Of a stretch of DNA of 64,000 nucleotides, positions 1 to 14,317 are shown piece by piece. The position numbers and the translations under genes are program-made. Location: the NCBI GenBank assembly GCA_012295275.1, contig CM022673.1, positions 18,228,001 to 18,292,000 on the forward strand. Reading direction: 5' to 3'. The notes under the pieces were generated by a model, which was not told the origin of the DNA, searched no databases, and saw only the letters and a program-made list of their open reading frames with translations. Source of the DNA: Chrysomallon squamiferum (lineage: Eukaryota; Animalia; Mollusca). How positions within the stretch are numbered: the stretch's first letter is position 1; the number at the start of each line of letters is the position of its first letter.

Positions 1-2594
1 CATCATCTTCACCATTATCATCATCGTCATCATCATTATCTTCTTATTTTTTATTATTTTTATTTTTCTGAATGTTTTCCCCATTTTTCTTTTTTTTCTT
101 TTTAAATCGTGTTGTTTGCATATTATAATAAATTATTTTAATTTGTATTTTTATTTCCTTTTTAAATATTTTTTTATTACTTTTTTGCTTGTTTTCTTAT
201 TTTTTGTCTCTAAATATTTATTGTATTGCTAATTAAAACAGTTAATAAGACAAAGCGATTGCCATGCAAATATTATTTTAATAATGAGTAATCTATAAAA
301 AAATGCCCTTCTTTAGCAATAAAACCTGAAATTTAAAATCAGATTTGTATGCATATGTGTGAGTGTCTAGATGTAATATATGTAAGTTTGTTTATGCAGT
401 CCTCAGACATTGTAATTAATTCACATTCCAGTTATCTTCACAGACAGTCAAATATTTAGGTGTATCTAAAAAAAAAAATTAAAAAAATTATGTAGATAAA
501 TAAACAACATTAACAACAACAACAAACAACAACAACAACAACAACAACAATAATAATAGCAATAAAATTAAAATTGCAGTTATTTATTATAATTATAGTT
601 ACATTACTGTCTTTGTACGAATTCAAAATAAAAATAAAAAAAGGAAGAAATTGTTTGACTAAACTGCACTCAATACATTTCAAGATGCAGTGGTTGAGAT
701 ATAACAAGATACGAAACAAGCTGTCGTTTCTTTAGCGGCGACAATGGATGGTTCTGAGCAGCGACAATGGATTTTTCTTATGCACAGTCAAGAATGACTG
801 ATGACATTGATTTTGTGTGTTAACTATCAGAATCTAACTAATCTGTGTGAATTAAAACCTAGTTTTATTCAGAGTAGAGATTAAAAACAAACAGTATGAT
901 AGTTTATAACAGCTCTTGCTGGCTTTGGTAAAAGGAATCACTAATTTAACATCTGAGATGAGTTGACTTGTCTCACTCTGTCACTTTCGTTTCGCGATTA
1001 AACTCTGTTTATGTCCGGGGCCATGTTCCCGTCCATAAAACTCACATTGTGTGAAAAGTGAACGAGACCTGAGAGACGTGGGTGCAGAGTGTTTCAAACG
1101 TAATTAAATCATTTGATATAGGCGAAAACATACAGGAATGCAAGCTTAAATGCTCCTGTGGTAAATTATTGTGTTAAGAATGGAAGGAATCGGGATCAAA
1201 TCACAGAATCGCCTGCTCTCCTGAGATAATTACGAAAGAATGCTATTTATTTATTTAATTATCATACTCACTCCTTTACTGCGTGTTATGAGATTCCAAA
1301 TCACTGATAGGAATCCAATTAGATTTCATTTTTTTACTTATTGTTCTCATTTACTTGCTGAAATAACTGTAAATAAATGAGTAAATACGTACAGTAGCTC
1401 GACCTATTTCACTGCCCACTTTATTAGATTTCAGGTATTTAGAATTTGTAAAATGAAAGTATTTCTATCTGTAGTGTAATTATTGTTTAACTGTTCTGGT
1501 TATTGGTTATTGTCTACGATCATTAACTTTTTAATATATCTTTGTTATCAAACATAAACTGGACATACAGATTGTGACATTTTGACCGAGCGGTTATAAA
1601 CTGCCATTGTATTTGCAAAGTAATTGAATTGCTTATTAATGATTTTTAAAAATAGAAAAACAAAACAATAAAATTGCGTTCCGATCAATCATTTATCCGA
1701 TATTCTTTACATTTTATTTAATCGTTATTCGTCGGCCTTATACTTCACTGTTATTCTGTATCATTATACTTTGCCGTTCTTTACAGCTTTTCTTCACTGT
1801 TTATCTTACGTGCAACAGAAAAACGATTATTTCTCGCTTTGTTACACACAGATTAATAACATCCAGTGAAAGTGGACTGTAAAGTAAACGTATCTGTTTG
1901 TGCAAAACTTAGTGCGTATCACTTCGTATCATTATTCTGTAAAGGTGTATCGATACTAGATACATCAATAGAAGGCATAAGAATAAAAACAGAACTTTAT
2001 TTCCACTAGATCGTTTAAGTATAATGCACTGATCATTATAATGTACCAGCCTTGAGGGCGCTCTTTTATAATTCGGACTGAGTATAGGTTGTTTATACTG
2101 AATGCAATGAATAATGTGTATATACATTATTAATTAGTAAATATATAAGTATATCTAAACATAAATGTTTGCAAAAAAAAAAAAAAAAAAAAAAAAAGAA
2201 AGAAGATTTTTATTGTTAAAAAAATAATAATAAATAAAATAAATGAATCAATAAAACAAATAAATAAGAAAATATTTATTTATATCTGAAACGGATCAGA
2301 CGTTAGAATATTGAACTTAGATTTTAATTTGTAACTGAAAGAACGAAAAAGAAAGGGAAAAAAAGTAGAAAAGCTGAAAGAAAGAGAAAAATAATAGCAA
2401 AGAAACTAAACAGAACCTAGAAAATAATGAAAACTAAAGTATAATTAAAAGAAAAGAAAAAAGCAATCAAAGGAAAGTAAAAAAGACAGTTACTTTAATG
2501 CCAGACATTGATAATGAAAACTCAGCCAGTCTTTTGACATTTACTTGTGTGCTGTGCTAATATTAACCTTCTTTTCTTTCCCTTTGTGAGTTTC

Positions 2595-2990
2595 GAACCT
2601 GGGCGGACAGAACGAGACAGTCACGTCGTGAACGACGTCAGCTCGCTGCAGACGTCAGACGAAGGTTGCGTGTTGCAGTTTCATCAAGTCAGTTCGAGGT
2701 GAATTATTCCTCAGTCACGCGACCCGCAGAACAGCGGTGATTGCCAAAATGTAATTTATATAACTGATTGTTTAGTCTACTCGAGCTCGCCTCTCCCAAC
2801 AAACGATTGGCTCGTCCGAGATTGCCGCTGCCGCCAGGGAGCGCTGTATCTGTGGATGGAACGTGATGTGGCGCGTGGACTGGCTTGTGACAGGAGCAGG
2901 TCTCCTGAGAGGGTGAACCTCATTTCGTGTTGATTAACCTCCACTCAGGAGCTGTCAGGCGTTGCTTCCACAGCCAGCCTTGGAGAGGCA
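2595..2990. promoter_or_regulatory. CpG/GC-rich island, candidate enhancer or promoter
   Basis: GGGCGG at 2601, CRE-like GACGTCA at 2634 and 2651, ATTGG at 2806. GC content is far above the flanks and there is no credible ORF. Confidence 0.4.
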
Positions 2991-4052
2991 ATTTACTAGC
3001 CGTGATGTCATCAACTCAGAATAGTGAGAAAATGCTTCACCATAATGTTATCAGATTTAACGACATGCCAACAAGTTTCACAAACTACAGACAAGTTCGA
3101 CGTTTTCTTTCATTCGTGGAAATATTTTAACAAATTAAATTGTTTTCTAATCTTTAGCAATTCAGTGAGAGAAAATGTTTGAAAATAAGAGATGAAAAGG
3201 CAGAAGGAGGAATGATAAGAAGTCTTGGATGATTATTATAAAAAATTAAGATGCAGGCGAAGATAATAATTCGAAGATGAAGAAGAGGGGGAAAGTAAAG
3301 AGAAAGATGATGACGTGAAGAGAGCAAAAGAAGAGAACGTAGTTCTGGAGATGCTGAAGAAAACAGAAACTAAACAGAAGAATGACGAATTAAAATTACT
3401 GATGTAATGAACGAACGAAGAAGGAAATGAAAATGAAAATTATTTTTTATGTTTAGGATAATAAAATGAAGGTAACCTAAAGAAGAAGAAACACGAGAAA
3501 GCTAAATACCAGAATAAGAAGAAAAAGAAGAAGAGGAAAAAAAAAAAAAAAAAACACATAAGGAAGATAACTTGAAACAGAAGAAAAATATGATGATGAA
3601 GAAATATTTTACAGAAATTTACTAGATAAACAAGATGAAGAAGAAAATATTTCATTGACTACAAGCCAGTCTATGGTGCGAGCTTACAATGGCTGAACTA
3701 TGATGAGCAAACGACAATCAATGAGGATTTTGAAATCACTGCGAGTCTAAGCTTAGAAAATTCTTATTATTCGTCTCACTGAAACACTGACAGACGATCT
3801 GTACTAATACACAAGTAAACACTTTAAATAAAAATAATAATAATAAAAAAAATTAGCTCTTTTCTGTTCGTGTAAGGAAGACGTATCTCTGTTTACTTTT
3901 ATAAATATTTTAAGACACTGACGTGACATCTATGAATAAAAAATCAGAAGTAAAGATTTTCTGAAAGAGTTTTTGTTTGGACTTGATAATGATACAAACA
4001 CACACTAATAGACAGTCAGAGAGAAAGACAGAGAGACAAACAGTGAGACTGA

Positions 4053-4214
<162 letters not shown>

Positions 4215-7200
4215 CCTTATTTATTTATTAATGTCTGGTATTATACATATTTAGAAACAAAAAAATATAATAAAAAAATTGGGTAATAAATTTTTATTTC
4301 TCCATTGGGTTCGTTTTTTACTATTTTTGTCTAGCTTCTTGCTTTCATTTATTTAATGTTTATCTGTTTTCAGTTCCTCCTGAAATCAGTTAGTTCAAGA
4401 AGCTAGAATAAAGAGTGTTGCATGAAAGAAATACAAGTAAACAGCACCTGGTCTTTACAACGCAAGATTAAAGGACACTCTTTTTACAATCCTGTCTGCT
4501 CGTTCAAGCCAGCATTACAATAGCCAGAAAAACGTTTTTCAATATCTTTTGTGTCTTCTTAAGTTTAATCTTTCTTAACAATTTCTTACTTAGTTTCTTT
4601 ACATTCAGAGTAAACTAAAAAAAAACGGAAGAGAGAAAAAAAAAAACATTACAATTAATTAGACCGACTTCATGATCGATTTTCTAAATAAAAAGAATTG
4701 ATGTTTTTGAAACACTTCTTGTTAATGAAGAATGAAAACACAATGAGTTTTTGAATTATCATATATAAACAATTTATTAAAATAAAGAATGATTAATAAA
4801 AATTTAATAGTTTTTGAGTTGTAAAAGATGAACAGAAGAAAAGAGAATATAAAATTATATTTGTATATATATATATATATATAAAATCTGCGTATGTGCT
4901 TTTATTTCTGTACCAGTATGCATTAAAACAAGAGCATTGTGATGATGACTCTATCTGAAGCCTGCTGGGTATTTACAGCTAGTTTCCTCTGTCAGATTAG
5001 AACGCTGTGCTTCAGCCACTTGTTTGACACATAATAAGAAATACTGTAAACTGTTAAATTTGAATTTATTCAAAAGAGTATTTCAAAGATAAAGTTTGGT
5101 AGAGCAACGCGAGATTAGACGACTCGTCATTTTGCGAGATTTTCATCAACAACGAAAAAACAGACGTCAACACTGTAAATGTTTGATACGTTAACCGCGA
5201 CGACCCCACGCGACCACAACGCCTCATTGTTTTAATTATTAAATACTTAACCCCGTGCAGTCACGTGACCTTGTTACTAGTGCAAATCTATTTAGTCTTT
5301 GAAACGTGACTTAACATTTGAACTTGATAGCCTCATTAAGTTAGACGATGTAATAAGCACTTAATTTCTGAAACTGAAATTATTTTACTCTTTCTTCAAG
5401 TGAGAAGAGAAACAAATCTATTTCTCTGTTATTTGAAGCGTAGAATTTAGTTAGACTTCTTTACTTGCATTTAGTTCATTTGTGCACGTTTGCTTGTCTA
5501 TAAGTATGTTTACACTTTTTGTTGCACTTTATCATTAGTAAGGGTCATCTCTGTTAAAAAGAAATAATGGTTTTTTTTTGTTGTTGATTTTTTTTTATCT
5601 ATTTCAGTTAGTTATAAATGAAATTGTTATTTATTTTTTGATGCTTATATGGGAAATAAATCTCTGCCAGTTACTTTTCAGCAAACATTTGATGTTTTTA
5701 TTTTCAGCTTCACAAAGCAAGGAAAGCCCAGCAGCAAAAAAAAAAAAAAAAAAACCCCCAAAAAAACAACAAAAAAAACAACTACAAACAAATAAAACAA
5801 ATCCCCAAAATAGTGTGTGTGCGTGCGTGTGTGTATGTATATATATATATTTACAATAAAAAATGTTTTTGTGTATAATGAGAATCAGCTGTTAGAATAT
5901 GTACGCTAAAGAATAAATGAAGTGTAACGTGTAATATTAATAACAAAACACTGAGTATCGTCCACATATTTAATTTCATTAACTGATTTGAAATGTCAGT
6001 AGCCTGGCTAACAGTTTTATTAAATTTACATTTGCTGATACTAGTGACACTGGTTTTTCTGATGATACTATTCTGGTTACTGCTGATAAAGCTTTAGATA
6101 CATAAAAAAGTAAAGTGTTTTCTTTAACTATGTCTGCGGAACAAGCGTAATTTTGTTAGCAGGAAATGTTCGATGAACATGAAACAATTTGTTTTTTCTT
6201 CTTTTGAACCTGGTCGTGAAGCTTCAAACTTAAAAGAGAACAGCGTTTCCGCTTCGTGTTGTTTTTTCTCAGATCTGGTTCCTCTTCGCTTGACACAAGA
6301 CCCTGAAAACAAGCTAAAAGAGAATCGTTTTATTCAGAACCTAAGTGAAATGAATGTGAAATCTAAGCAGTGGTTTGAAACAGTTAAAAAAAAAGTGTAT
6401 ATATAAATTACATATTGATTTACCCAGCTGACATAAATTTAATTCTCTCTCGAATAGCTTGACGTCTTTGCAGTTTCTGCTGAATTGAACTAATTTGATG
6501 ATTCACGAGGCCAATTTCCGCTCGAAAACTCACTTACAGTTTGCCTCCGAAATCGGTTCTGCCGTATTGATTTCAACATCGAATACTTTTTACATGTTTC
6601 ACAAAAGAAATCAATGCAAAAAAAGCCTCGGCAACATAAAGCAACGTGTCAAAATTTTTCACTGTCAGACTGAATTTGAATTTCTGATTGCTTGTATTTG
6701 CCTCTCTACACGAAATGAAATTGTATTTTCGTGTCTCGGCGTGTGAATCAACAATCAGAACACCAAAGTGAGAAGAGGTAAAGCTTGTTTTCAAACACGA
6801 CATACTTCATATTTCATTTCAGTATGCATCGTCGTTTCTTAGTTATCAACGATTCGCGGTCAACAATATGATATCCTCGCCATGTTTATTCTCTGTTTTT
6901 TTTTAAATCTATTTAATAACACAATTTTTGATCATCACGTGATATCTGCTTTACACTCATTCTGTTTAAAAATAACTGCTATAATGAAATATGTGAAATA
7001 GCAGAAAGAGAAATAGCAGAAATAAATATCTAAAATTTATTATTCACTTCCATGACTGGCAGAGCCCTATGTACACACGGAATAATCAAGTTACAGTTTA
7101 GAATTAGTAATTTATCTACAGTTATTTCACAAATAGGTTAATATCTAACAAATAACCTACACTTTCTGATAGAACACATTATGATTTGTATGACATTTCT

Positions 7201-7516
7201 TTTTTAAATCATAAAACGATTGTCTTTCACGTGTCTAACAGAACAAATGTTTTTGATAATTTTTTATTTAATTGAAAATATTTCTACGGATTGATAAAAC
7301 AACGCTTGGCTGTAACGTAGGTCGCAAAATAACAGTGGTGATATTCATTGTGTTACTCATGACGATAGACTGACCTTTTCTGTAGGTAATTGAAAAATAA
7401 TGAGGAAAAAGGAAGGCGACACATTGTCGCCCTGTCTTACACCAACACTTTATTGTGATTAGTCTCACTGTGAGTCCCGTCACTGCAGTTCCACGCTGTA
7501 TGTTTGTCAACACCTT

Positions 7517-7629
<113 letters not shown>

Positions 7630-8526
7630 TCTCTCGGTTCTTATCTTGATTATGTTATATACAAATACGTGTTCTTTTTTGTTCTATTTTTGATTTCTAT
7701 TATAATTATCATCACCATCTTCAAACTGACTGCTTAAATAGTATCAAAATATTAAAACAAAATTATTCGTGTGTTTGTGTGCTTGCGTATGTATGTGTGA
7801 GTGTGCGTGTCTATTTGTATTTGTTCTTTTTCTACAGTTTTCTATTTCTGCAGATGTTCCTTCCTATGTTTGTGTGTTGACACTTACTTCTGTCAGTCAG
7901 CTTGGTTTGTGTTTTTTTGTGTTTTTGTTGATGCTTTGTGATGTGTAGCGTTGCGCTTCCGACTAAAGTTCAAATGTTTCTTTAGTTTTGTTTATTTGTT
8001 GAAATCACAGCAAGTCACAGGGTTGGTTGTACAGAAGAAAAAATCATTCGTTACATGGATAAAACAGTTCTGTCTTTTTGATTTGTTTCATTCTGCACGT
8101 TGCCTTTAGGATTTTTATAATTTATTGTTTTCTTATTTTGTTTTATTGTTTTTGTTAAGTAATTTATTTATTTATTTACTATTTTGGGGGTTTTCTTTAC
8201 TTTTTTCCCGTTTTTCTTTTTCTTCTTTCTATTTTGTTTCGTCAGTTATTATTATTATTATTATTATTATTACTTGAAATTCTGATTATCTAACCGTTGT
8301 TACTGTGTGCTGCTTAATTATGTTGGGCGTTAGTAAATATTATTTTATGTAGTTAGAATAGCTTTGTTTGGCTCGTTGGCTTGGTTATTTAATAAGTTAG
8401 TAAGTTAGTTTGTAGGTAAACATCTTGTCTTATCAGTTAATTAGCTCGCTTGTTCTCTTGATGTTAGATTTGTTAGTTACTTGTTTTATGGGCTATTCTT
8501 TTGTTGTTTTTTTCTTTTTTTCGTTG

Positions 8527-8540
8527 GTTGCCATAGTAAC
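8527..8540. promoter_or_regulatory. RFX X-box motif GTTGCCATAGTAAC
   Basis: Matches the GTTRCC-AT-RRYAAC X-box consensus, about 1.2 kb upstream of the start codon. Confidence 0.5.
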
Positions 8541-9439
8541 ATGTCTATCTTTATCTCTATATTTCCGTTTAGGTGATAAGCTGCTAGTAGCCAATAATGA
8601 GGCTCGAATACAAAATCGATGACATTATCTGGCCTCGCGGTATCATAGCTTTAAATGTTCAACAGTTATGTAACCGTTAAGTTCGCGATTTCTCACAATA
8701 CGTCACTTTTACTGCCGTCTGTTGGAGATGTGTTTTAGATTCTGTTACATAATGTCCTCTTTATTCCATCAGTTGCGTCCCTCGAGTAAAGACAACAGAA
8801 TATAAAACCGACATGTTGTAATGTTGAATACAGCAGCTTGTTTTCTCTGTTAGAAGACTGAACCGTTGTGTTTGTGTGTTTGCTTGAAAATGTCTTAGTC
8901 TATGCACGGGGTAGTATGTCTATCTTTGCTACAAAAATATATAAAACAAGATTTTTTTTTTTTTTTAATTATTAGACTGACACTAATATTTTTATTTGTG
9001 CACAGTCATTTAAAGGTACATACAATATAGTTATGCATTACTTTATACGTTGGAATACTTAGCTTCATTTGTCAGTTACAAATTGGAATATTTCTTTTTC
9101 TCTTTTTTTTCTTTTTTTTTTTAACTGCCCATCTATCTCTTTATCAGTCAATGTGGAAAATTCTGTTTTTAATCTGTTTTTGAAGTAATTTTCGGTTTCA
9201 CTCTTTTTTTCTTTGAATACAAATCTCATCATCCAACCCATCATAAACAAACACTAATCTCAATTTCCATTCACTACGTTCTTTTATTACATTTTAATAA
9301 TCGCCAGCTCTCTAATATTATATTTCTTTATTACACTATGGCTCCCTCGAGAAATATATTACTTCCGATAAAACCCAACAATCAATAAAGTAAACAAAAT
9401 AAAATTTCTTCATTCGTATAGCCTCCATTCAAAGTGCAA

Positions 9440-9785
9440 CTGTTCGATGGCGGCAATTGGCACGCGCGACCTCACGAGACCGATGCACTGTCTTCGCTCG
9501 TGTCGAGTTCTCGTTCTTACATCATAAACAAGCCAAAACATCGTCTTAATATCGAGCATAAAACCCGTCAGCGAATGGTCATTGGTTTGAATAAAATATG
9601 CATATAGCGTTTATGAATGACCCGCGCGTTAAGGGAAGCCTAGCCGGTCGATCGATGGGGATGTTCGATAAGTTTCCGTGAACGACCAATCGTCGTTGAG
9701 TTTAGAAAGGAGAGCGGGGACGTGAGAGTGCATGCGTCAGACATTGATTCCGTCAAATGGTTTGAAAAGCACAAATCACAGAATA
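9440..9785 (+). promoter_or_regulatory. Probable promoter/5' UTR of the RING gene
   Basis: CpG-rich island directly upstream of exon 1. CCAAT at 9686-9690, ATTGG at 9456-9460 and 9581-9585, and an Inr-like TCAGAC at 9737. Confidence 0.6.
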
Positions 9786-10001
9786 ATGGTCCACTTTTGG
9801 AAAAGACGAACTTCTTCTCGGATGACGGACAAAATGCCGTTCGGCCGTTCCTCGAGCGGCAGTCTGGTGAAACCGTTCAACGTGCTGGTCACCCCAGGGA
9901 TGTACCTCTTCTCCAAGTACAGCGAGTACAAGCGCCAGCAGCAGGAACAGCAGAAGCGAAAGATCACGGAGAAAGAACTTGAAAACCTCAACGAGAAAAT
10001 T
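9786..10001 (+). CDS. Coding exon 1 of an uncharacterised coiled-coil + C3HC4 RING finger protein (MVHFWKRRTSSRMTDKMPFG...KITEKELENLNEKI)
   Basis: GC-rich, non-repetitive ORF against an AT-rich background. The ATG at 9786 is in strong Kozak context (ATAATGG); other in-frame ATGs are at 9732, 9822 and 9834. It ends at ATT|GTGAGT, a canonical phase-0 donor at 10002. The coiled-coil heptads continue in frame into exon 2. Confidence 0.85.
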
Positions 10002-11140
10002 GTGAGTATACACGTGCTGTTTACTCAGTGTTATATGATGTTGTCAGGACGCTGATGTGTGAATCACGCGATGCTGTTATTGTTGTTGTAAGACAAAACA
10101 AGGGGGCTTACTGCGATTGTTCTATTTTACTACCACGTAAACACATGCAGTCGTGCGTCTGTTACGATAGCATTCTTACTCTCGCTCGTTCTCAAACTTG
10201 TCATACACACTCGGGTTTCAACTTTACTCCGGAGAAAACTACTTTTTTTTTTCTTTTTTTTGATGTAAATTTTCTTTTTTCTTGCTGACAATATGAAATG
10301 TTAATTGCTTGTGCCTGTGCCAAAGTAAAACTTGGTATGCTGTTGCCACCAAAACATGTGTTTTTCTCAAACAATGATCAAAGATGTATACAGTAAAGAG
10401 TAATTTTATTTGATTAAACTTTTACTATCAACAATTTCTTTATTAATACAAAACAGAAAACAGTTCTTATGCTGCGATTGCTTCTGTAATAAATTATTTA
10501 AGCTTATTTATTTATTTATTGAAAATATAACTTTAAGTTTGTAACACTTATTTATAAAATAACATTAACAGCTTATTTGATTATTGTTCTGTAATACGTA
10601 TAAAAATTACTTTGAACACAATACATTGTAGTAAACATTGTAGTACAATGCATTAACTATATATATAGCAGCACATGTTAAAATACAAAATAATGCAATC
10701 GCTAAATAAATAATTAAATAAGTAAGTATATACAATTTAATTTACGCGAGATATTACTAACTGCTTTATTAATCCACATATAATGTTATTTAAAAATGTC
10801 GTCACTGTTTCTTATGAGATTTTGTTTATTAAAAGAACAATAAAAACAACAATAATATATATGAAATAAAATAAAATAAAATAAAATAAAATAAAATAAA
10901 ATAAATAAATAAATAGTAAAAATAAAAAACAAAACAATAGACGTATAAAACACAGTTAGATGTTATCTGAATATAGTTATTATTGAATAAGCACAGTGTT
11001 GCTATAAAAACAGAATTCTGCATTACGATTTCCAGATGTTGCCAGCAACATATTATTCATCAATCGAAGTCTTTTTATTTGTTTTGTTTTGGGCTTTTTA
11101 ATTTTATTTTGTGTATATTATACATTTTTTTCTTCTTAAA

Positions 11141-11195
11141 TACAGTCGAACTTATCTATAACAGCCACCAGAGGGACCAGATAAAAGTGTTTTTA
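11141..11195 (+). mobile_element. Fragment resembling the terminus of a Tc1-mariner/pogo-type MITE
   Basis: TA|CAGTCGAACTTATCTATAACAGCCACCAGAGGGACCAG resembles TA-CAGTCGAAC termini. No partner inverted end was found. Confidence 0.4.
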
Positions 11196-11511
11196 TAAAT
11201 AAACCCTTTAGCTAGGTGTCTGTCACAGGGAGGACAAGGAATGAGGGGTTGAGTGTATGTTAATTTTAGAATGTGTGTTTCCGTGCGGCATATGTTATGG
11301 CGAAATTTATTTCAGAGATATAATCATTTTAATTAATTTAATGAACTTCTGAACTGTTATTAGTTTAAACAGCTGACATTTTATTTTAAAATTATTTTAA
11401 TCCATTAATAATCTTGTTATTTTCTTAGTCAATATTTATCTCTGTGTTTTTTGTAATTTTCTTGTTCATTTTTTTTTATTATTTTCATTATTGTTATTAT
11501 TGTTAATATTC

Positions 11512-11566
<55 letters not shown>

Positions 11567-12286
11567 TCTCTGATTACATCAATACTGAAATTATATATTA
11601 TATGTGTTTGTGTGCGTGCATAAAATATATACGTAGCTATATTAAACATATAAAGATCTCCGTACACACAGCAGATAAATGAAATATCCTAGAAGAAATG
11701 AACTTTTACTCAGCTATCAAGATGATAAGACTACGGCAAAGGCACTCGAGTGTAGAGCGAGCCCGCGCCACGTCAGTTTCCCAGAGCTCTGCAGCTCACC
11801 TCAATTTTTAATGAGTCCGGTGCGAGGACTCACAAATGTACTTAATTACTTCACAGTGCAGAAAATGACGTAGGTTATTCTGTTACACAGTTGTATACTG
11901 AGGTGATGATAGTTAAGGTCTGATGTAAACCAATTATTACAGATGATGTGCTTTATTCTCTTACCTCGATTTCATATAGTCGTTCTGTTAGGTAACTCTC
12001 AGCTTTTTAACACATTACAGTTCAGTATATATCAAATTCTGATAAACTGATTCACTTGCTTTGTGCACAGTCTTACAGTGATTTGTTTTAATATTGTTTT
12101 TCCTTCTGTGCTTTATTTTCTTGTTTTAAATGCTAAGAATCAGAATACATCGAGTCTGTTTGGGAGATATTACTTAATGTGCGTTATACTGACTTGGTGT
12201 ATTAATTTCACTTGTTAAACGTATTAGTATTTCATTCAGTTGAAACCTTTCAATCAGTGATTTGTAATTTAACTGAAAACACGATA

Positions 12287-12590
12287 CTGTCTGAAGAATC
12301 TTTGTCCCGAATGCTTGAAGTGTTTCTCAAGTTTTCGGGTTTGGAGTATAATGACATAACCTGAGAATAGGATTTAAGTCACACAAATTCCATTTATAGT
12401 TGTTTATAGCTGATATAGATAGTCTGCATAATTATTAAATATAATATTTTTAATAATTTTATTAATGAAATGAACTTTGTATAGGCTAATATCCAAAAAC
12501 TGTAAGATATCACTTTAAGCCGTTTTGCAGAAAGTTTCGGATTTCGGAACTTTTCCGTTTTCGAAATTTCGGATAAGAATTCTCAAACTC
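12287..12590. mobile_element. Decayed non-autonomous pogo/Tigger MITE resembling Tigger4/MER46 (Zombi)
   Basis: Left TA + ctgtctgaagaatctttgtcccgaatgctt..gaagtgtttc, internal aatatttttaataatttt..atgaaa, and right aaagtttcggatttcggaac..ttcggataagaattctcaaac. These are colinear with the Tigger4/MER46 layout as I recall it; no database check was possible. Confidence 0.55.
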
Positions 12591-13019
12591 TTTTTTTTTT
12601 TTTTTTTAATTGGTTCTGTTTAAAATGTGTTTCACACTGGTTCAGAACAGTACACGTCTTGTTCACGTGATGTTATTTAATATACAGCTATAGTATGTTT
12701 TAAATGAGCATGTTATTTAGAATATGTAATATCCGTTATACTTCACGAGAAGAACGTCATTTTTTTCAGTAATGTAACTGTATATGTGTGCCATCTTATG
12801 TTTCATCGCGTAATGAATATAACTATATTAAAGATGTTTCTTTCTGTAATATCAACATGTGTATATATATGTGTGTTTGTATGTTCGTGTTTACATACGT
12901 GTGTATGTATTTATGTACGTGTATGTGTGTGTACCTGTGCGCGCGCGCGCGCGCGCGTGTGTGTGTGATCTTGCTGTTTTTGACACCATGTTTGACATCT
13001 ATCTTTACTGTATCTCTGA

Positions 13020-13392
13020 CAGTGTGTGTAGTTTGTCATAGATGTGTAGATGACAGACATATAGATTATGACAGACAGTGTTAGTTGGAGTAGATTGTCA
13101 CAAACATGTAGATGACAGACATGTAGTTTGTGACAGACAGTGTCAGTGTGAGTAGATTGTCACAGACGTGTAGATGACAGACATGTAGACTGTGACAGAC
13201 AGTGTGAGTGTGAGTAGATTGTCATAGACGTGTAGATGACAGACAGTGTCAGTGAGAGTAGATTGTCACAGACGTGTAGATGACAGACATGTAGATTGTG
13301 ACAGACAGTGTCAGTGTGAGTAGATTGTGACAGACGTGTAGATGACAGACATGTAGATTGTGACAGACAGTGTGAGTGGGTGTAGATCGTCA
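13020..13392. repeat. 62-bp minisatellite, ~6 copies
   Basis: The gtagattgtca-like anchor occurs at 13028, 13090, 13152, 13214, 13258 (after an 18-bp deletion), 13320 and 13382, built from gtagat..gacagac subunits. Confidence 0.9.
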
Positions 13393-14239
13393 ACGACGTG
13401 CCAAGCATTTCGTCGTTGTCCACAACGTGCCGCTTCCTTCGAAAACAGTTTTATTAACCTCACGTCCTCTGAGGAACCGATTTTATTGACCCGACGTCCT
13501 CAATCGAACCCTGAACACAGAGTCGTGAAATTTGCCCCCATTCACTGCGAGATGAATTTCCAGCAGAAGTCTTACAAAACGTAATTAGATAAGCAATAAA
13601 AGTGTTTACTGTGACTGCAGGCTTTGGAAAACTTACTTCAACTGAATAATCTTGTTAACTAGCAAAGTCTAGCTGAGTTAGCCAGTATGTGTGTGCGTGC
13701 GTGCGTGCGTGTGTGTGTGTTTGTGTGTGTGTTTGTTTTCTCACGTCTGGCTTGTTTACTAGTTTCAAGTAAATAATGCTAAACATAACCGTTTATTTGG
13801 TCATTAATTTATTGGATTAATTCAGCTAGTACGAATATTTACGATGGCTTCATCGCTGTGTGAAATGTTTACGTCCTGAGGATAACCATACAGTGCAATT
13901 ACGTATTTCCTTAGTTCGGAAAACAACGAAACTGAAAAAAAAAAAAAAAAAATGAGAGGGGAAAAAATTTGAAAAGGAGAGAGAAGAAAAGAAAACAAAG
14001 AAAGCAACACTGAAAGAAAGATGGAAGAAAAAATAAATGCGAAAAAAAAGAATGGTTTGAAGATTGAATCTAGCTGAGAAAATAGAACTGTACTGAAATT
14101 ACAAGGTTTTTGTATTAGCAAAGAACACAGAATCCTCTTATCTCAGTCTCCTGTGAGACGTGGGTGTTCAGGAGAGAGAAAACCTTGTTTTAATTCGTAA
14201 AGACGATTATTATCATTTTTGTGTTCTGTTAAAATGTTT

Positions 14240-14245
<6 letters not shown>

Positions 14246-14313
<68 letters not shown>
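14246..14313. repeat. (AG)n microsatellite
   Basis: Seen directly. Confidence 0.97.

Positions 14314-14317
<4 letters not shown>

Noticed and set aside
3190-3655. Purine-rich GAA/GAT tract resembling acidic/basic coding sequence
   Set aside because: Stops in the plus-strand frames, a poly-A run and no splice structure; low-complexity DNA.
9722-10013. Alternative-frame and antisense ORFs over exon 1
   Set aside because: Shadows of the GC-rich real exon. Only the 9732/9786 frame splices in phase to exons 2 and 3.
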